From the NCBI RefSeq assembly GCF_009914755.1, contig NC_060931.1: 64,000 bases of DNA; one strand, 5' to 3'. Under the pieces are notes generated by a model. That model saw nothing but the letters and a program-made list of their open reading frames with translations, was not told the origin of the DNA and did no database searches. A program made the translations under genes and the position numbers. Positions 37,576 to 53,523 of the stretch are shown in pieces (positions within the stretch are counted from its first letter, which is position 1; every line of letters starts with the position of its first letter). This DNA is from the human T2T-CHM13v2.0 reference genome, Homo sapiens.

Positions 37576-37820
37576 GTAGGTCCTCCCAAGGCCCCGCCAG
37601 TGTCCCCACGGGCACAGGTGCTGCAGAGAGAGTAGGTCCTCCCCAGGCCCCGCCAGTGTCCCCACAGGCACAGGTGCTGCAGAGAGAGTAGGTCCTCCCC
37701 AGGCCCCGCCAGTGTCCCCACAGGCACAGGTGCTGCAGAGAGAGTAGGTCCTCCCGAGGCCCCGCCAGTGTCCCCACAGGCACAGGTGCTGCAGAGAGAG
37801 TAGATCCTCCCCAGGCCCCA
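37564..37820. repeat. 56-bp VNTR spanning the exon 14 donor, ~4.6 copies
   Basis: GCTGCAGAGAGAGTAG at 37564, 37620, 37676, 37732 and 37788. Confidence 0.95.
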
Positions 37821-37991
37821 CAAGCAGCCTCACCAGGGAAGCAGCTCTCACTCCCTATGGAAACTGATTGTTGCCGGGGTTAAACAGTTGTCAATTTGGA
37901 AAACTGTTCAGCTCGTAGTAGTCACTGCATAAATATTTTTATGTGATTCTAAAACTGCTTACATTTTGGTGGTAAAATAAAGGCAGCTTTA

Positions 37992-38141
<150 letters not shown>

Positions 38142-38981
38142 TTAACTGGGCGTGGTGGCTCATGTCTGTAGTCCCAGTTACTCAGGAGGCCAAGGCAGAG
38201 GATCACTTGAGCCCAAGAGTTCGAGGCTGCAGTGAGCTATGATCATGTCACTGCACTCCAGCCTAGGCAACTGAGTGAGACCTCAACTCAAAAGTGTAGG
38301 GAACGGTGGGAGAGCACATTTAAATCTCTCTACCCTGAATTCCAGAGGAATCTTCAAATTGTCTGTTAGAGAGGAATTGACTTTCATTGGTTTATGTAAA
38401 ATCAATTCGATTTTATGCAGCATGGTCTTAATTCAGTAATATGTTTATGGGGGATATGATCTATTAATACGTAGGAAATAAAGCATAAATGCTCCAGCCT
38501 GACGCAGTGGCTCACGCCTGTAATCCCAGCACTTTGGGAGGCCAAGGTGGCAGGATTGCCTGAGTCCAGGAGTTCGAGACCAACCTGGACAGCATGGTGA
38601 AACCTCGTCCCTACAAAAAATACAAAAATTAGCCAGTTGTAGTGGTTGAAGCCTGTAATCCCGCCTATTTGGGAGGCTGAGGTGGGAGAATCGCTTGAGC
38701 CTGGGAAGTCGAGGCTGCCGTGAGCTATAATCGTACCACTGCATGCCAGCCTGGGTAACAGTGAGACTCTGTCTCAAAAAAAAAAAACGAAAGAAGACAT
38801 AAATGCTATGAAATAGTTGGTGTGACCACAGGGCTGGGAAGGCAGGGCCTCACCGGGGGTTCCGGAGTTCCATGACCTGTGGCCGTGGAACACCCGGCCT
38901 GGCTCCTGTCCTCCTCCTGTTGATAGCTCCTCAGGGCTCGGCTCCTTCATGAATCAGCCACCTCCATCATCTTTGGAATGA

Positions 38982-39383
<402 letters not shown>

Positions 39384-40489
39384 TGATCTGCCTGCCTCGA
39401 CCTCCCAAAGTGCTGGGATTACAGGCGTGAGCCACCGCACCCGGGCCTGCCTCGGCCTCCCAAAGTGCTGGGATTACAGGCGTGAGCCACCGCACCCGGG
39501 CCTGCCTCGGCCTCCCAAAGTGCTGGGATTACAGGCGTGAGCCACCGCGCCCGGCCCTACAGGTGATCTGTGTGTACTTTAGGGACTGAGAAAAACTTGG
39601 CCGGTGCCTCCCGGCCAGCTACGTTCTCTGCTGCCTGCTGTGAACAGTAGAAGGCCAACCCGTCACCACTGTCCTTACCCCTCACGTGAGGTCTCGGAGT
39701 GCATTTATGCCAATTGATAGGTCCTTTGTAAAAATTAGTATTTCACGACAAGCTTTTCCAATTAAGCAATCATTACAGAGTTCATAGACATTAGGTAAAA
39801 AACATTAAGGTAGTCATTATGAAAGGTAAATCACTTCTGGAAGGATCTGTGATGCTGTCAAGTGGCGTGACGAGCCACCTCTTAGGAGCCCTTACCGTGT
39901 GACAGGGGCTCTGCGAAGCACTCTAGGGTTGCTGGCATTTAATACAGAGACTCACAGGCCCTGAGCAGTCGGGGCTCGCAGACAGCATACAGTCCATCTG
40001 AGACTCGGACAGAAGTCTCCGTCGAAGGCCAGTGTGTGGCCATCACACCGCATGGGACGCAAGAAACGCATCTGGGAGCAGTTCAGCTGGAGCCCCGCAC
40101 AGGCAGTGCCACGGTCTAGGCGGGGCAGGCCCCTGCCCCATTCACGGACCCCGCGCCTGCCTGCAGCACCCTCACACGGGTGCGAGGTCCGTGCCAATGA
40201 GTGGCGGCTGGAGGGGCAACTCCTCATTCTATGGCCTGATGGCAGGGCCTTCTCTGGCTTAGTCCGGTTGATCCCCTGCACACAGCAGGTGCTCGGTTCA
40301 GGGCAGGCAGGGCCCTGAGGTCTGTCCTTGGCAATGTGTGATTAGAAATGGGCCTTTTGTGCTCCTCCTGCCCCACCATCCACTGTCCTAAGGAAGGGCT
40401 GAGCACTGTCATTTTCTGAAGTGCCTTCCTGCTCTGACATAACCTACAGTTTTTGTGAACGCTGACGAGTCTCCTATTCTTGTGTGCAG

Positions 40490-40594
40490 TTTGGAGGTGA
40501 AGCAGCTCCTGCAGGCGAAGGCCGACCTGGAGAAGGAGCTGGAGTGCGCGAGGGAGGGCGAGGAGGAGAGGAGAGAGCGAGAGGAGGTTTTGAG
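40490..40594 (+). CDS. IQCE: IQCE exon 15 (LEVKQLLQAKADLEKELECAREGEEERREREEVL)
   Basis: tgtgcag| ... GAG|GTATGT; 105 nt. Confidence 0.92.
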
Positions 40595-41375
40595 GTATGT
40601 GACCCGGGTCAGGGCTGGAGAGGACCCAGGCGAGTCCGCACTCCTGCTACCACTGCGGCCCCCCGTGGCGTCTCAGCCTTGCTGCCAGCCGGCTTCTTAG
40701 AAAGGCCACACCTCCTCACAGTCTTTCATGGTTTTCTGTCACCCAGCCCGGGACTAACCTCTTGGTGCTGAGCAGGGCCTGCCCTCTGGCATCGTGGCCA
40801 CCTCTCAGGGGCGTCCTCTGCTCTGGCTGTGCCAGCACCTGCCCCTTCCCAACCAGCTGTCACACTGGCCTCTGGTCAGAACCACCCAGGTGTGGGCCAC
40901 ATCCTTAAGAGGGGCCGCCCGTGCCCTCACAGTAATGCCATTCGCGAGAGCCAGGAAGCAGCGCCCACCCCACGGCCCATCAACTGCTGGTGGACAAACA
41001 CCCTGAGGTCGACCACGCGTAGGCGCAGAGTGGACGGAAGCCCTGACCGGCCCGGCCCGGGGACCCTGGAAAACCTGGTGCTCGGCAAAGAAAGCCAGGC
41101 ACAAAAGGCCGCGTAGCACACGATTCCTTGCGCAGGAAATGTCCAGAACGGGCGGACCCACGTGACAAGTGCTGCTGCTAGGGGCTGGGAGGGGAGCGAG
41201 GACTGCTGACGAGCATGGCTTCCTTTCTGGGGCGATGTAAACGTTCTGGAATTAGAGAGGGGTGGTAGCTGCACAGCATTGTGAAGATGCTAGAATTCAC
41301 TGAATTATACCCTTTAAAATAGTGAATTCTATGTGATGAGTCTTAACTTTTTAAAATGCACAAAAAACTAGGTTA

Positions 41376-41753
<378 letters not shown>

Positions 41754-42352
41754 TCATTTTCAGGAGAAATCTGACTGAATTCTGTCAGAAGACTTGAATT
41801 AAAGTAAATCTGAAAGGGCACATGTGCAGAAATGAATTTTTTTTGTTTTGCCTTTAGTACCTGGAATGAATATCTAAATTGCAATGCCTTCTGTTCATAC
41901 TGTTTACTAAAACCCCAGTGGTCAGTGGTCCCTGCTTATTTATCTCAAATGCTTGGGCTCAAGCGATCCTCTGGCCTTGGCCTCCTAGAGGGTTGGGATC
42001 ACAGGCGTCCGGCCTGGCCTCCTACTTACTTATCATTCACACAACGGATTCTTTTTTTAGTTCTTAGTTGTTTCAGGAGAGGTGCTGGGCCCTGGGGGTC
42101 CTCAGCCACGGCCTCGTGGGGCTTCCAGCCCAGAGCAGGAGACAACAGGAAGTCCCGGCCTGCGATGGTTTCTGGTGTTGTCAGGTCATAGCTGGAGCCC
42201 TGTGGCTCAGGGAGACATGGCCCCACCAGCTCTCTACAGGCTGCCTGGTGTCCCCCTGTCTCCGCCTGGACCGCCCGCCCCACCCTGCCCTGTGCCGGCC
42301 TTCATCACATAGTGACAGGTGAGGTGTCTCATCTTTTCCCTTTCCGCCTTAG

Positions 42353-42443
42353 AGAGGAGATTCAGACACTTACCAGCAAGCTCCAAGAATTGCAAGAAAT
42401 GAAGAAAGAAGAGAAAGAGGATTGCCCGGAAGTTCCTCATAAG
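42353..42443 (+). CDS. IQCE: IQCE exon 16 (EEIQTLTSKLQELQEMKKEEKEDCPEVPHK)
   Basis: tttccgccttag| ... AAG|GTACAG; 91 nt. Confidence 0.92.
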
Positions 42444-43086
42444 GTACAGTGACCATTCAGTTGAGTCTCCCGTCAGGTGCGGTGAGACTTTGGTCGTGAC
42501 GGTTCTGACCGTTTCCCTGTCCAGAGTTTTTTCTGACCAGCCACTGAAAATCCCACTCCCCTTTATCATCACCATTGATTTCTATAACTCATGTCGTGTG
42601 TATCGAAGTCCGGGTTTTGGATTAATTGACTGTCAGCAAATTGACTTCTCGAACTGATATTTGAGTCTCAAGGCTGGTGAGTAAAGAGTTTTCCAAATCT
42701 TGGTCATGCGGAGGGTGTAGTTATGCGGCCGGAGCTGTCACTGAGAGGCAGGAGGGGCTTGGGGGGAAAGGACGAAGGCTCAACCAGGCCCCTGCATGGA
42801 CCTGGGCATGCGTCCTCTCCTCTCATCTAAGTTCCAGAACACAAGTTGGCAAAGCCTCAGCGGGCACTGCCCTCTGGGTGGGGTGGGGCTTCCTGTGCCC
42901 TCCCTGCCGTCACTCAGGTGTGCACGGGTTGAACGTGGAGTGACTGTTAGCAGGGACCCGGCAGGTGAGCAGGGACCCTAGATGGATGCTCTCCTGCCTC
43001 TCCACTCCCTCAGCGTGTGTGGACGCTACCCGGGGGCAGCTAGTCGCGGCGGCGTCTCTGTGGCTCCGAGGTCCCTGGCTCTCTGC

Positions 43087-43476
43087 TGCCTCCCTGGAGG
43101 GTCGCAGCCATGCTCTGCTCACCATGGCCGGTGCTGCACTTGCCTCCCTGGAGGGTCGCAGCCATGCTCTGCTCACCATGGCCGGCGCTGCCTGCACTTG
43201 CCTCCCTGGAGGGTCGCAGCCATGCTCCGGTCACCATGGCCGGTGCTGCACTTGCCTTCCTGGAGGGTCGCAGCCATGCTCTGCTCACCATGGCCGGTGC
43301 TGCACTTGCTTCCCTGGAGGGTCACAGCCATGCTCTGCTCACCATGGCCGGTGCTGTACTTGCCTCCCTGGAGGGTCGCAGCCATGCTCTGCTCACCATG
43401 GCCGGTGCTGTACTTGCCTCCCTGGAGGGTCGCAGCCATGCTCTGCTCACCATGGCCGGCGCTGCCTGCACTTGCA
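43087..43476. repeat. 54-bp VNTR, 7 copies, in intron 16
   Basis: TGCCTCCCTGGAGGGTCGCAGCCATG-like units at 43087, 43141, 43199, 43253, 43307, 43361 and 43415. Confidence 0.95.
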
Positions 43477-45317
43477 CTTCTGGTGGTAGAAGGGCGTCCT
43501 CACAAATCCCCTTCCAGTGGGTAGGAGGATCCTTCAGAAGGCAGATGTGAGCCCATGCATGTTCAGACGAAAAGCAAGGAACTTGGTGTCACCATCCTGA
43601 GGCTGCAGTTTGCTCTAAGAGGAGCTCATGGATAAAACCAGTAGAAGCCACCACCTATGGTCCCAGCTGCTCGGGAGGCAGCGGTGGGAAGATCGCTCGA
43701 GCCCAGGAGGTGGAGGCTGCAGAGAGCCAAGGTAGCACTGCTGCACTCCATCCCGGGCCACAGATCCAGACCCTTTTCTCACTAAAAAAAGAAAAGAAAG
43801 AGAGAAAGAGAAAAGAAAAAGGTCTGAAAATAGAGGAGAGAGAGAGAGAGAGAGAGAAAACAAAAGTGTCTGAAAACACTATTGAAATACAGCCTTTTCT
43901 GTGTGGTGGGGTTATAAGCATTTTTTTTTTTTTTTTTTACTTTCTTTTAGTATTGTCTGAATTTTTCGTAATAAGCATGTATTAGCTTTGTGTTATTTTC
44001 CTACTCAGGAAACATTTCTATTTTAGAGAAAAGGAAGAGTGGGATTAATTGAGTGATCAGCTCTCCAAGTAGGGGATCAGCTCTCAGCATTCACATGGGA
44101 ATGATTAATTGTAGGTTAAATGGAGTGAGGAGAGTCGGTTTAAGAGTTGCCTCAAGGAATTTATAAGCGTGTGAAAATTTAGACTTTTTTAGCTGTCTGT
44201 AGTTGTGTGAGTAAATGTTCATTTATCTTCGGAGAAGCTGATTTTCCTTTCTGATCACATTGGCACAGGCCGCGGACTAACAGATGATCTCACTTTAGCG
44301 GAACAGAGGCCTGAAAATGTGTCAGGACTGAGGGAAGATGAGGCTCTTCTTAGGGTTACAAAATCAGAATGTGGAAGCCAAGGGCCGGAATGCTGGTGCC
44401 AAGCAACGTGTTGCCACAGCTAAAGAGATCTGGAAACAGCTGGCTGTGTGGATGTACCCAGGGCATCTTCGTCAGGGATGTTAAGATGTGCAGACACCCA
44501 AGTGACCATCCTAGGAAGATTACACTCCCAGGTCCCTAGAAACAGGAGGCAGGGCACGCAAGGCCACGCAGGAGCGGCGCGTCGGCCAGGAGGCGGCAGG
44601 GTCGTGCGGAAGACCTGGGCCAGGGCCTTTATCATGAGAAGGAGAGGGCGAGGTGAGGTGAGCCGGCTGGTTAGGGCCGGCGGGCTGGAAGCTTGAAGAA
44701 TTTCAGCAGGATCTGGGCCACAGGGTGGTCTTCAGCTGTCCCGCACCTGGCCCTGGGTGATTAAGGCTGAGAAACACTGCGTTCTGGAGTGTGGGGCCCA
44801 ATACAGGAGGCGATTCTGAGTATGGGCACCAGATTAGCTGCTCGCATAGGATGGCCGTGCCCGAAGGCAGGCCCTTCACTGTCTAGGAATTGGCCAGGCC
44901 CAGAGGGGCAGCAAGGCCCCAGATGCCCAAGCATCGTTAACACACAGAAGATGAAAAGCCAGAGCAAGCCGTTCTGTGTTTGTTGAAGTCTGTGGACAGG
45001 CCACCTGCGCCTGGCGCCTGGCCCAGTGTGCACTGGGAGCAGTCTTGTGTCTCCCTCCGGGGAGGGCTTTCAGCAACAGCGTGCTCTCCACCGAGCTTGC
45101 ATTCTTGACACGAGAGGCCTTTTCATTTGTATTGGGTAGTGTCCTATGGATGATACATTTGGAGTCATCAGTGTTAGAAATCATAATTTTTCTTTTTTCT
45201 TTTTAGAGACAGGGTCTCACTCTGTTGCCCAGGCTCGACTACAGCGGCACAATCATGGCTCACTGCAGCTTTGACCCCTGGGCTCAAGCGATCCTCCTGC
45301 CTCAGCCTCCCGAGTAG

Positions 45318-45602
<285 letters not shown>

Positions 45603-45984
45603 TAAACTAGAAAACAGAAAAGGACCCCAGAAAAACAGACAATTCTTGCAGGAACAAAATGTGACTGAGTGTAGTGAGTGTGTGACGGCCGTGTGAAGAA
45701 GCGTCCTCTCTCCCTCCCAGGAGGCACTGCCAGACAGAGTTAAGGGAGTTTAATGAGAAGCACGTCTGCACTTGTGTGCTCGCCTAGACGCTGTCTCTCA
45801 GCAGTACAAGAGACCGCTGTCATGTGGTCTGCAGACCAGTGTGGAACAGCTCTCTCCTCCACATTAGTGAGACTCACCTGATAAGCGCAGCCGCACCATG
45901 CCGGGTAATATCCTGTCCCCTTGCCGGATACTGGTTGTCCCTGCCCTGGCTTCATTGTCCTCTTACTCCTTCAATTTCCTGCAG

Positions 45985-46152
45985 GCCCAAGAGCTCCCAG
46001 CTCCCACTCCCAGCAGCAGGCACTGCGAGCAAGACTGGCCGCCGGATTCCAGCGAGGAGGGGCTCCCGCGGCCCCGCTCCCCCTGCTCTGATGGGAGAAG
46101 AGACGCCGCGGCCAGAGTCCTGCAGGCCCAGTGGAAGGTGTACAAGCACAAG
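45985..46152 (+). CDS. IQCE: IQCE exon 17 (AQELPAPTPSSRHCEQDW...AAARVLQAQWKVYKHK)
   Basis: tttcctgcag| ... AAG|GTGAGG; 168 nt. Confidence 0.92.
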
Positions 46153-46821
46153 GTGAGGCTCCCCGGGGCGACCCGGGCTGCTCCCTGTGAGTCTTCGTGC
46201 TCCAAGGCAAGCCACTCACTCTCCAGGAATGACTGGGCCTGGAGGGCCAGCCAGGCCCCAGGTGTCTGAGCACCGTAACATACAGAAAATGAAAACCTCA
46301 TTCACACGCTGACACCTCCGTTCTGGGTGCGTTTTGTGCAGTAGTGGATAACTCGCCAGATTTCTTTCCATCCAGTTTTCTTCCAGAACTATTCGAAAGT
46401 AAGTTTTAGACGTTATGAAACATCGGCATGTATCTTCTAAGAAAAAGTGTCTTCTCCTACCTGACCACAGCACCGTGACTGCACCTAGGGCTGCCAGCAG
46501 TTTTACATCCTCACCTAACGGCCCTTCCTATTCACATTTCCCAAATGTCCCCATATGCCGCCTGCCGCTATCTGTTTCCCGCCAGCATTCGGTCACGGCG
46601 GTTCTCAGTCCACATCCCATCGGAGCCTGGGGGTCGGTTGGTTACGTCTCCTTAGTGTGGTTCACAGCAGCCCCCACCCTTTCTTTTCTTTAACCAACAG
46701 TTCACCCTGACCGATTTTGTTTGTTTGTTTTTCTGAGTTAGAGTCTTGCTCTGTTGTCCAGGCTGGAGTGCAATGGCATGATCTTGGCTCACTCCAACCT
46801 CCGCCTCCTGGGTTCAAGTGA

Positions 46822-47238
<417 letters not shown>

Positions 47239-47304
47239 TAAAGCCATTTACCTGCCTCCGCCTCCCGGAGTGCTGGGATTACAGGTGTGAGCTACCACAC
47301 CTAG

Positions 47305-47710
<406 letters not shown>

Positions 47711-48960
47711 TAAACTTATTCCTCTGTCCCCTTAATTTCCCATAAATGAGAAATAAGGTCTCCAGCTCTGATTCACCCGGGTTTGCTTTTGGCAAGAATG
47801 TCTCACGTCGAGGCTGTGTACCCCATCCCCTCGGGACGTGGATGGACCAGGCCGGCCCCTGTTTGTGTTTCTAACCTGGTCATGGCTGCTGGCTTTCGCC
47901 ATTTTAAAGAAACGAGTTTCCCTTGGTAACTGGCCGGCAGTCTACAGGGGAGAGTTTAGCTCCCTGAGGTCTGTCCCCACCACCTTTCCCCTTGTGGTCT
48001 TAGTGTCCTTCCCGTCACAGCTGTCTCCGTCTGAAAAGCAGTTTCCTTATTAGCGGGGCCAACTCCTCGTCCTCCCGAAAGCGTGGGAGAAAACTTAGTG
48101 ACTTCCCTTTAGGTGCTAAGCAGATGCTGGCTTGTCTGTCTGTCTCACTCTTATTCAGTGTATATATTTCTTTGCTTCCATCGTATATTCTGCTGGTCCT
48201 TGTACTCAGTTCCTCCTTAATCTCCCAAGGGAAAGATCCTGTGTACAGTAGTACAAATGTGGGCCGTGCACTCTGATGTACCTGTCATCCGGCCGTGGTG
48301 GTCATTCCGTGCCATTAAGTGCACATTGATTAACTTGGCATCAACATCTGGGGAGGACTTCGCTCACATCTATAAGAACACATGCTCCGAGGGACCCTCT
48401 CTACTGATTGTGACGCTGTGTGTCAGCTGCAGCCTGAGAAACTTCCCAAGACACCCAAGGGTGACTGATGACCAGTCAGGTTGGGGCCAGTGATCCAGAC
48501 CCCTGAACCAAAGTCCCCTTCATAACGTCCCCAGCAGGCAGCCTCAGCCTCCGAGTTCTGGGGCTTATCCAGAGAGCACAGTGGTCCGGACACCTGTGCT
48601 GTGAGAGAGCTCTCACATTGGGCCCACATCCACCTCCATAGGTGCACAGCTTGGCCTAATGGAGTCCCTTCTGCACAGCCAGGGGACTGGCACACGGCAC
48701 AGAGACATCCCTTCATCTGCAGCTTGGGCCACCTCATGTGACTCCTGGAGAATTCCCGCCATCCTAATTCTGCCTCTCACTTTCGTCCTCCTTACAAAGG
48801 CGTTTGTTTGCTGGGTCCCGGCAGCTCGGGAGGGAGGAGCCAGGGCAGCCAGGCCTCTTGTTGGCTTGATCGACACCTGTTGGCAAGATGAAGGAATCAA
48901 AACCACATTCATCCTTCTCGTGTTAATTCATGTATTTTTTCTTTCTTTTTTTTTTTCCAG

Positions 48961-48984
48961 AAAAAAAAGGCTGTTCTGGATGAG
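48961..48984 (+). CDS. IQCE: IQCE exon 18, 24-nt microexon (KKKAVLDE)
   Basis: Long T tract + ccag| ... GAG|GTAAGC; needed to reach 695 aa. Confidence 0.88.
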
Positions 48985-49034
48985 GTAAGCGAGGTTTATT
49001 TCTTGTTTCAAAATTCGGATTTGTATTTTGTTGA

Positions 49035-49442
<408 letters not shown>

Positions 49443-51461
49443 TAAATATTTCGATAATTTCCCACTTTCAAAATCTCTTCATTCATTCCTTCCTTCCATT
49501 CATTCATTCTTTTCATGCACACTCACTGATCACCAGCCCTGCGTGGGGCAGTCTCAGAGGCCCTGGGACGCAAAGGCTCAAACACACAAGTGAACGAGTG
49601 GTTACAGCCCGGGGTGGCGCTGGGGGTGGCCAGCCCTGCACACAAAGGCCAGGAGGTCCCTGCGAGGGGTGACATGCAAGGTGGGCCTCGCAGGATACAT
49701 CAGAGCTCACTGGACCGGGAAGTGAGGGGAGGGCATCCCAGCAGAGCCGGTGGGACAAGGAGTCTGAGACGGGGCCAGGGCATGGAACTGGAATGGAGGT
49801 TGAGTATGTCACCCACAGCTGAGAACTGACAGATTGATGAACAGTGCAGTTCCAGCCATGACCCTTTTTAGGGAGGAGCTAGAAAGTGAGATCTTTATTT
49901 TGCTGGAGTCCTGGTGGCCTCTGAGATGCTCCCCTCTCCTCTAGGGCCCCTTCAGGGACAGCAGTGTATTTCCACTTAGACTGCAGGAGAGGACCCCGCC
50001 CCAGTCACTCAGAGCTGGCGCTGGGCCGCAGGGCTTCTCACGCTGCCTTCCTCCTCACCCACAGCTGCTTCTCAGTGGCAGGGCAGACTCAGCACCCGCT
50101 TGTCCTCACACTCCCCAGGTGCATCTGATGTCAGCAGGGTTGACAGCTCTGCCGTCAGGGCGGGGCTTGACTTCCCCCTGCCCCACCCATGTCCCCTTCC
50201 CCTTGGCCACATTACTCATCCACAAGTGTTTGCTGGGCTCCTGCCATGTGCCGGGCACCAGAGGAGCTTGTAACAGACCAGCCAGACACTGTCCAAATTG
50301 CACGGGGTTCATACTCTGCAGTCAGGACAGCCAGTATGGTCGCGGGTGTGGGCGGCGCACCAGGCTCAGTGGCCTGCGCGCAGCTGCAGTGGGAGCATGT
50401 TGCCATCTGATGGCCAGGCCACAGCCACACGAGCGCCCTCCACGAGCAGACAGCTGGACTGCCCACCTGGCCCACCACACTGCCCCTGAGGAAGGGACCC
50501 CTGCTCGCCACTGCCCTAGTCCTCAGCCTTCGGTTCTGCAGCCCCTCCGTGCCTGGCCTCCTGGTCCCTAGACCTGCCCCACAGACACACCCTTGTCCAT
50601 ACCCATCTCACACATCTGCAATGGCAACTTCCAACATCCCCGTCTCTGACAGTCCCTCCCATCCTCCAGCAGCCCTCAGGCCCTCATCCCGAGGTCTCCA
50701 GCATGTCAGCCTCCCACCTGTCCACCCACCACAGCCTGCCCAGGCTCCCGGTCCCCACAGCCCACTGCGGTTCCTAGCACACGCCCCTGCCTGGCATCTC
50801 ACTTTGTGGTTATTCTTGCCAGCCTCCCGTCAGAATGCAAGCTCTGTCTTTTTGCCACCACACCTCTGGTGCCTAGACTGGCGCCTGGCATGTGGGAGGC
50901 ATGGGGTAAATGCCCTCCAGTGAGCGGGTGAGGGGATCCGGGCTCCTTGTCCGATCGGCCAGTCAGTGGTGGGTGCCGTCTCCCCGTCCTGCTTCTCTCC
51001 CTGGCGCCCCCCGTGCCTCAGGGGCCTCGTCTCTAAGTAAAGACAGCAGTGAGGCTGCCTGTGTGGGGCTGTGGTGAGCGTGGGGTTTGCCAGTGTGTGC
51101 GCAGTGTGTGGCGTGACGGAGATGCGTGCCCCTCTCACCCCTCCGGCTGGTGCAGAGCCTCCCGTACCTGGCAGCCACTTTACCGGAAGCTTCTGGGCAG
51201 CCTCCACATGGTCACCACACTCTGGCAGGTCGTTCACTGTTAATAGCCGGCGCTGCCTCGCCCTCCTTTGCTGAGCTCTTTTCCCACCCTAGCTTTAAGA
51301 CAAAACAAAGGTGCTTTCTGTTCCAACAGCGGCAAGCCTGCTAAACTCACGTGGCATGGGGCTCGGTGGGCATGCTTGTCATTCTTCTAACGAGTTTGAG
51401 AGATGCCCATCTATCAGGCTGGGAGGGTTCACAGGGCTAGAGGCAGATCGTTCAAAAATAA

Positions 51462-51713
<252 letters not shown>

Positions 51714-52402
51714 TGACCAGGCTGGTCTCAAACTCCTGGGCTCAATGGATCTTCCCACCCCAGCCTCCCAAAGCACTGGATGACAGGTGTGTGCCGTGCC
51801 CAGCTAATTTTCTGTAGAGACGAGGTCTTGCTGTGTTGCCCGGGCTGATCTGAATTTCCTGGCCTCAAGTGATCACCCTGCCTCAGCCTCCCAAAGTGCT
51901 GGGATTACAGGCATGAACCACTGCACCCAGCCACATAGCCTAAGAAAATCATTTCAGGATAAATAATTCTCTTAAGATCACTTCAGAGGTCTTGTGGCCC
52001 CTTGCTTGATTTAGAAGACATCTATGGAAAGTAGATGAAACCAATAAACTATTCCAACCTGAAAAAACGCTCCAACATGAAAACCTAACCATGTGTGAAA
52101 TACCAGCTCCTATTAGCCGCTGAAAGGGACTGCAGTGAGCAGCGGGCACCTTGCCATTCCCAGAGTCCCCACTGTGCTGACAGGTGCCATGCCCTGTCAG
52201 CTCCCTGGGGCGCCGGTGAGTTTCTCCCAGACTGGGGTGAGTGGGAGCACGGACGGCTCTTTGAGAGAACGTGGCTGCACAGCAGTGAAGGGAGTCACGT
52301 TCCCTGCTGCCGTGGCAGCTCTCTCCTCGGCGCCTCCCTCTCGCCCGCCGTTGCCCCGGGCACTCACACCCACTTTTCTCTCCCTGCTTCCTTCCCTGAC
52401 AG

Positions 52403-52513
52403 GCGGTTGTGGTGCTTCAGGCAGCTTTCAGGGGACATCTCACGCGGACAAAGCTCTTAGCAAGCAAAGCACATGGCTCAGAGCCACCCAGCGTTCCAGG
52501 CCTCCCAGACCAG
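52403..52513 (+). CDS. IQCE: IQCE exon 19, IQ motif (AVVVLQAAFRGHLTRTKLLASK...)
   Basis: ccctgacag| ... CAG|GTAATG; matches the [IL]QxxxRGxxxR IQ motif. Confidence 0.94.
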
Positions 52514-53158
52514 GTAATGTCGGGGTGCTGGACGTCCCAGTGGCCATCTGCAGAGCTGCTCGTCTCACACTCCATCCATCGAGAAAGCGTAGGGCACCCC
52601 TCAGCCTCCACATCCCCGCCCGCCCAGCAGGCGTCCCCTGCGCTCCATCCCTGGCCACGCAGGCCATGCAGGCTTCTCTGCGCAGGCCCCTCTGCACAGG
52701 CCCCGGATGGATGTGGCGTTAGGGCCAGATTGCCTTAAGCTGCCGGAGAGTCAAGTAGCTCCATGAAGATGTAGCTAAAAACTACTAAAGACAGATGCAG
52801 GCCATTGCGGCCCCTCCTCTGTATTGAGGACCAGGTTTTTGTTTAAGAATCCCTATAGTAGGCCGGGCGCGGTGGCTCACACCTGTAATCCCAGCACTTT
52901 TGGAGGCCGAGGCAGGTGGATCACAAGGTCAGGAGATCGAGACCATCCTGGCTAACATGGTGAAACTCTGTCTCTACTAAAAACACAAAAAATTAGCCGG
53001 GCGTGGTGGCGGGCGCCCGTAGTCCCAGCTACTCAGGAGGCTGAGGCAGGAGAATGGGGTGAACCCGGAAGGCGGAGCTTACAGTGAGCCGAGATCACGC
53101 CACTGCACTCCAGCCTGGGCAACAGAGCGAGACTCCATCTCAAAAATAAATAAATAAG

Positions 53159-53189
<31 letters not shown>

Positions 53190-53401
53190 ATAGATAAATA
53201 AGAATCCCTACAGTTTAAAAATTCAGAACCTGCCACCAGGAGGCTGTTCACTGACCAGCAATTCCCGGGAGGCAGGGCCATCTGAAAAGGAAACTGAGCT
53301 CTTCCTGTCTCCCTGACGCCCAGGGTGCCCTGGGGGTTGAGTGCTGGGAGCCAGCAGGGGGCTGCCAAACAGTCGTCTTCCCTGCTGTCCTTGCACCCCA
53401 G

Positions 53402-53523
53402 AGCTCTCCTGTGCCCCGCGTTCCGAGCCCCATCGCCCAGGCCGCGGGCAGCCCTGTGCAGGAGGAGGCCATCGTCATCATCCAGTCCGCTCTGCGGGCA
53501 CACCTGGCCCGGGCCAGGCACAG
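53402..53523 (+). CDS. IQCE: IQCE exon 20, IQ motif (EAIVIIQSALRAHLARARH)
   Basis: accccag| ... CAG|GTGAGT; 122 nt. Confidence 0.93.

Noticed and set aside
43087-43476. p53 response-element array (CATG/CTTG cores)
   Set aside because: The half-sites are mismatched and not directly adjacent.
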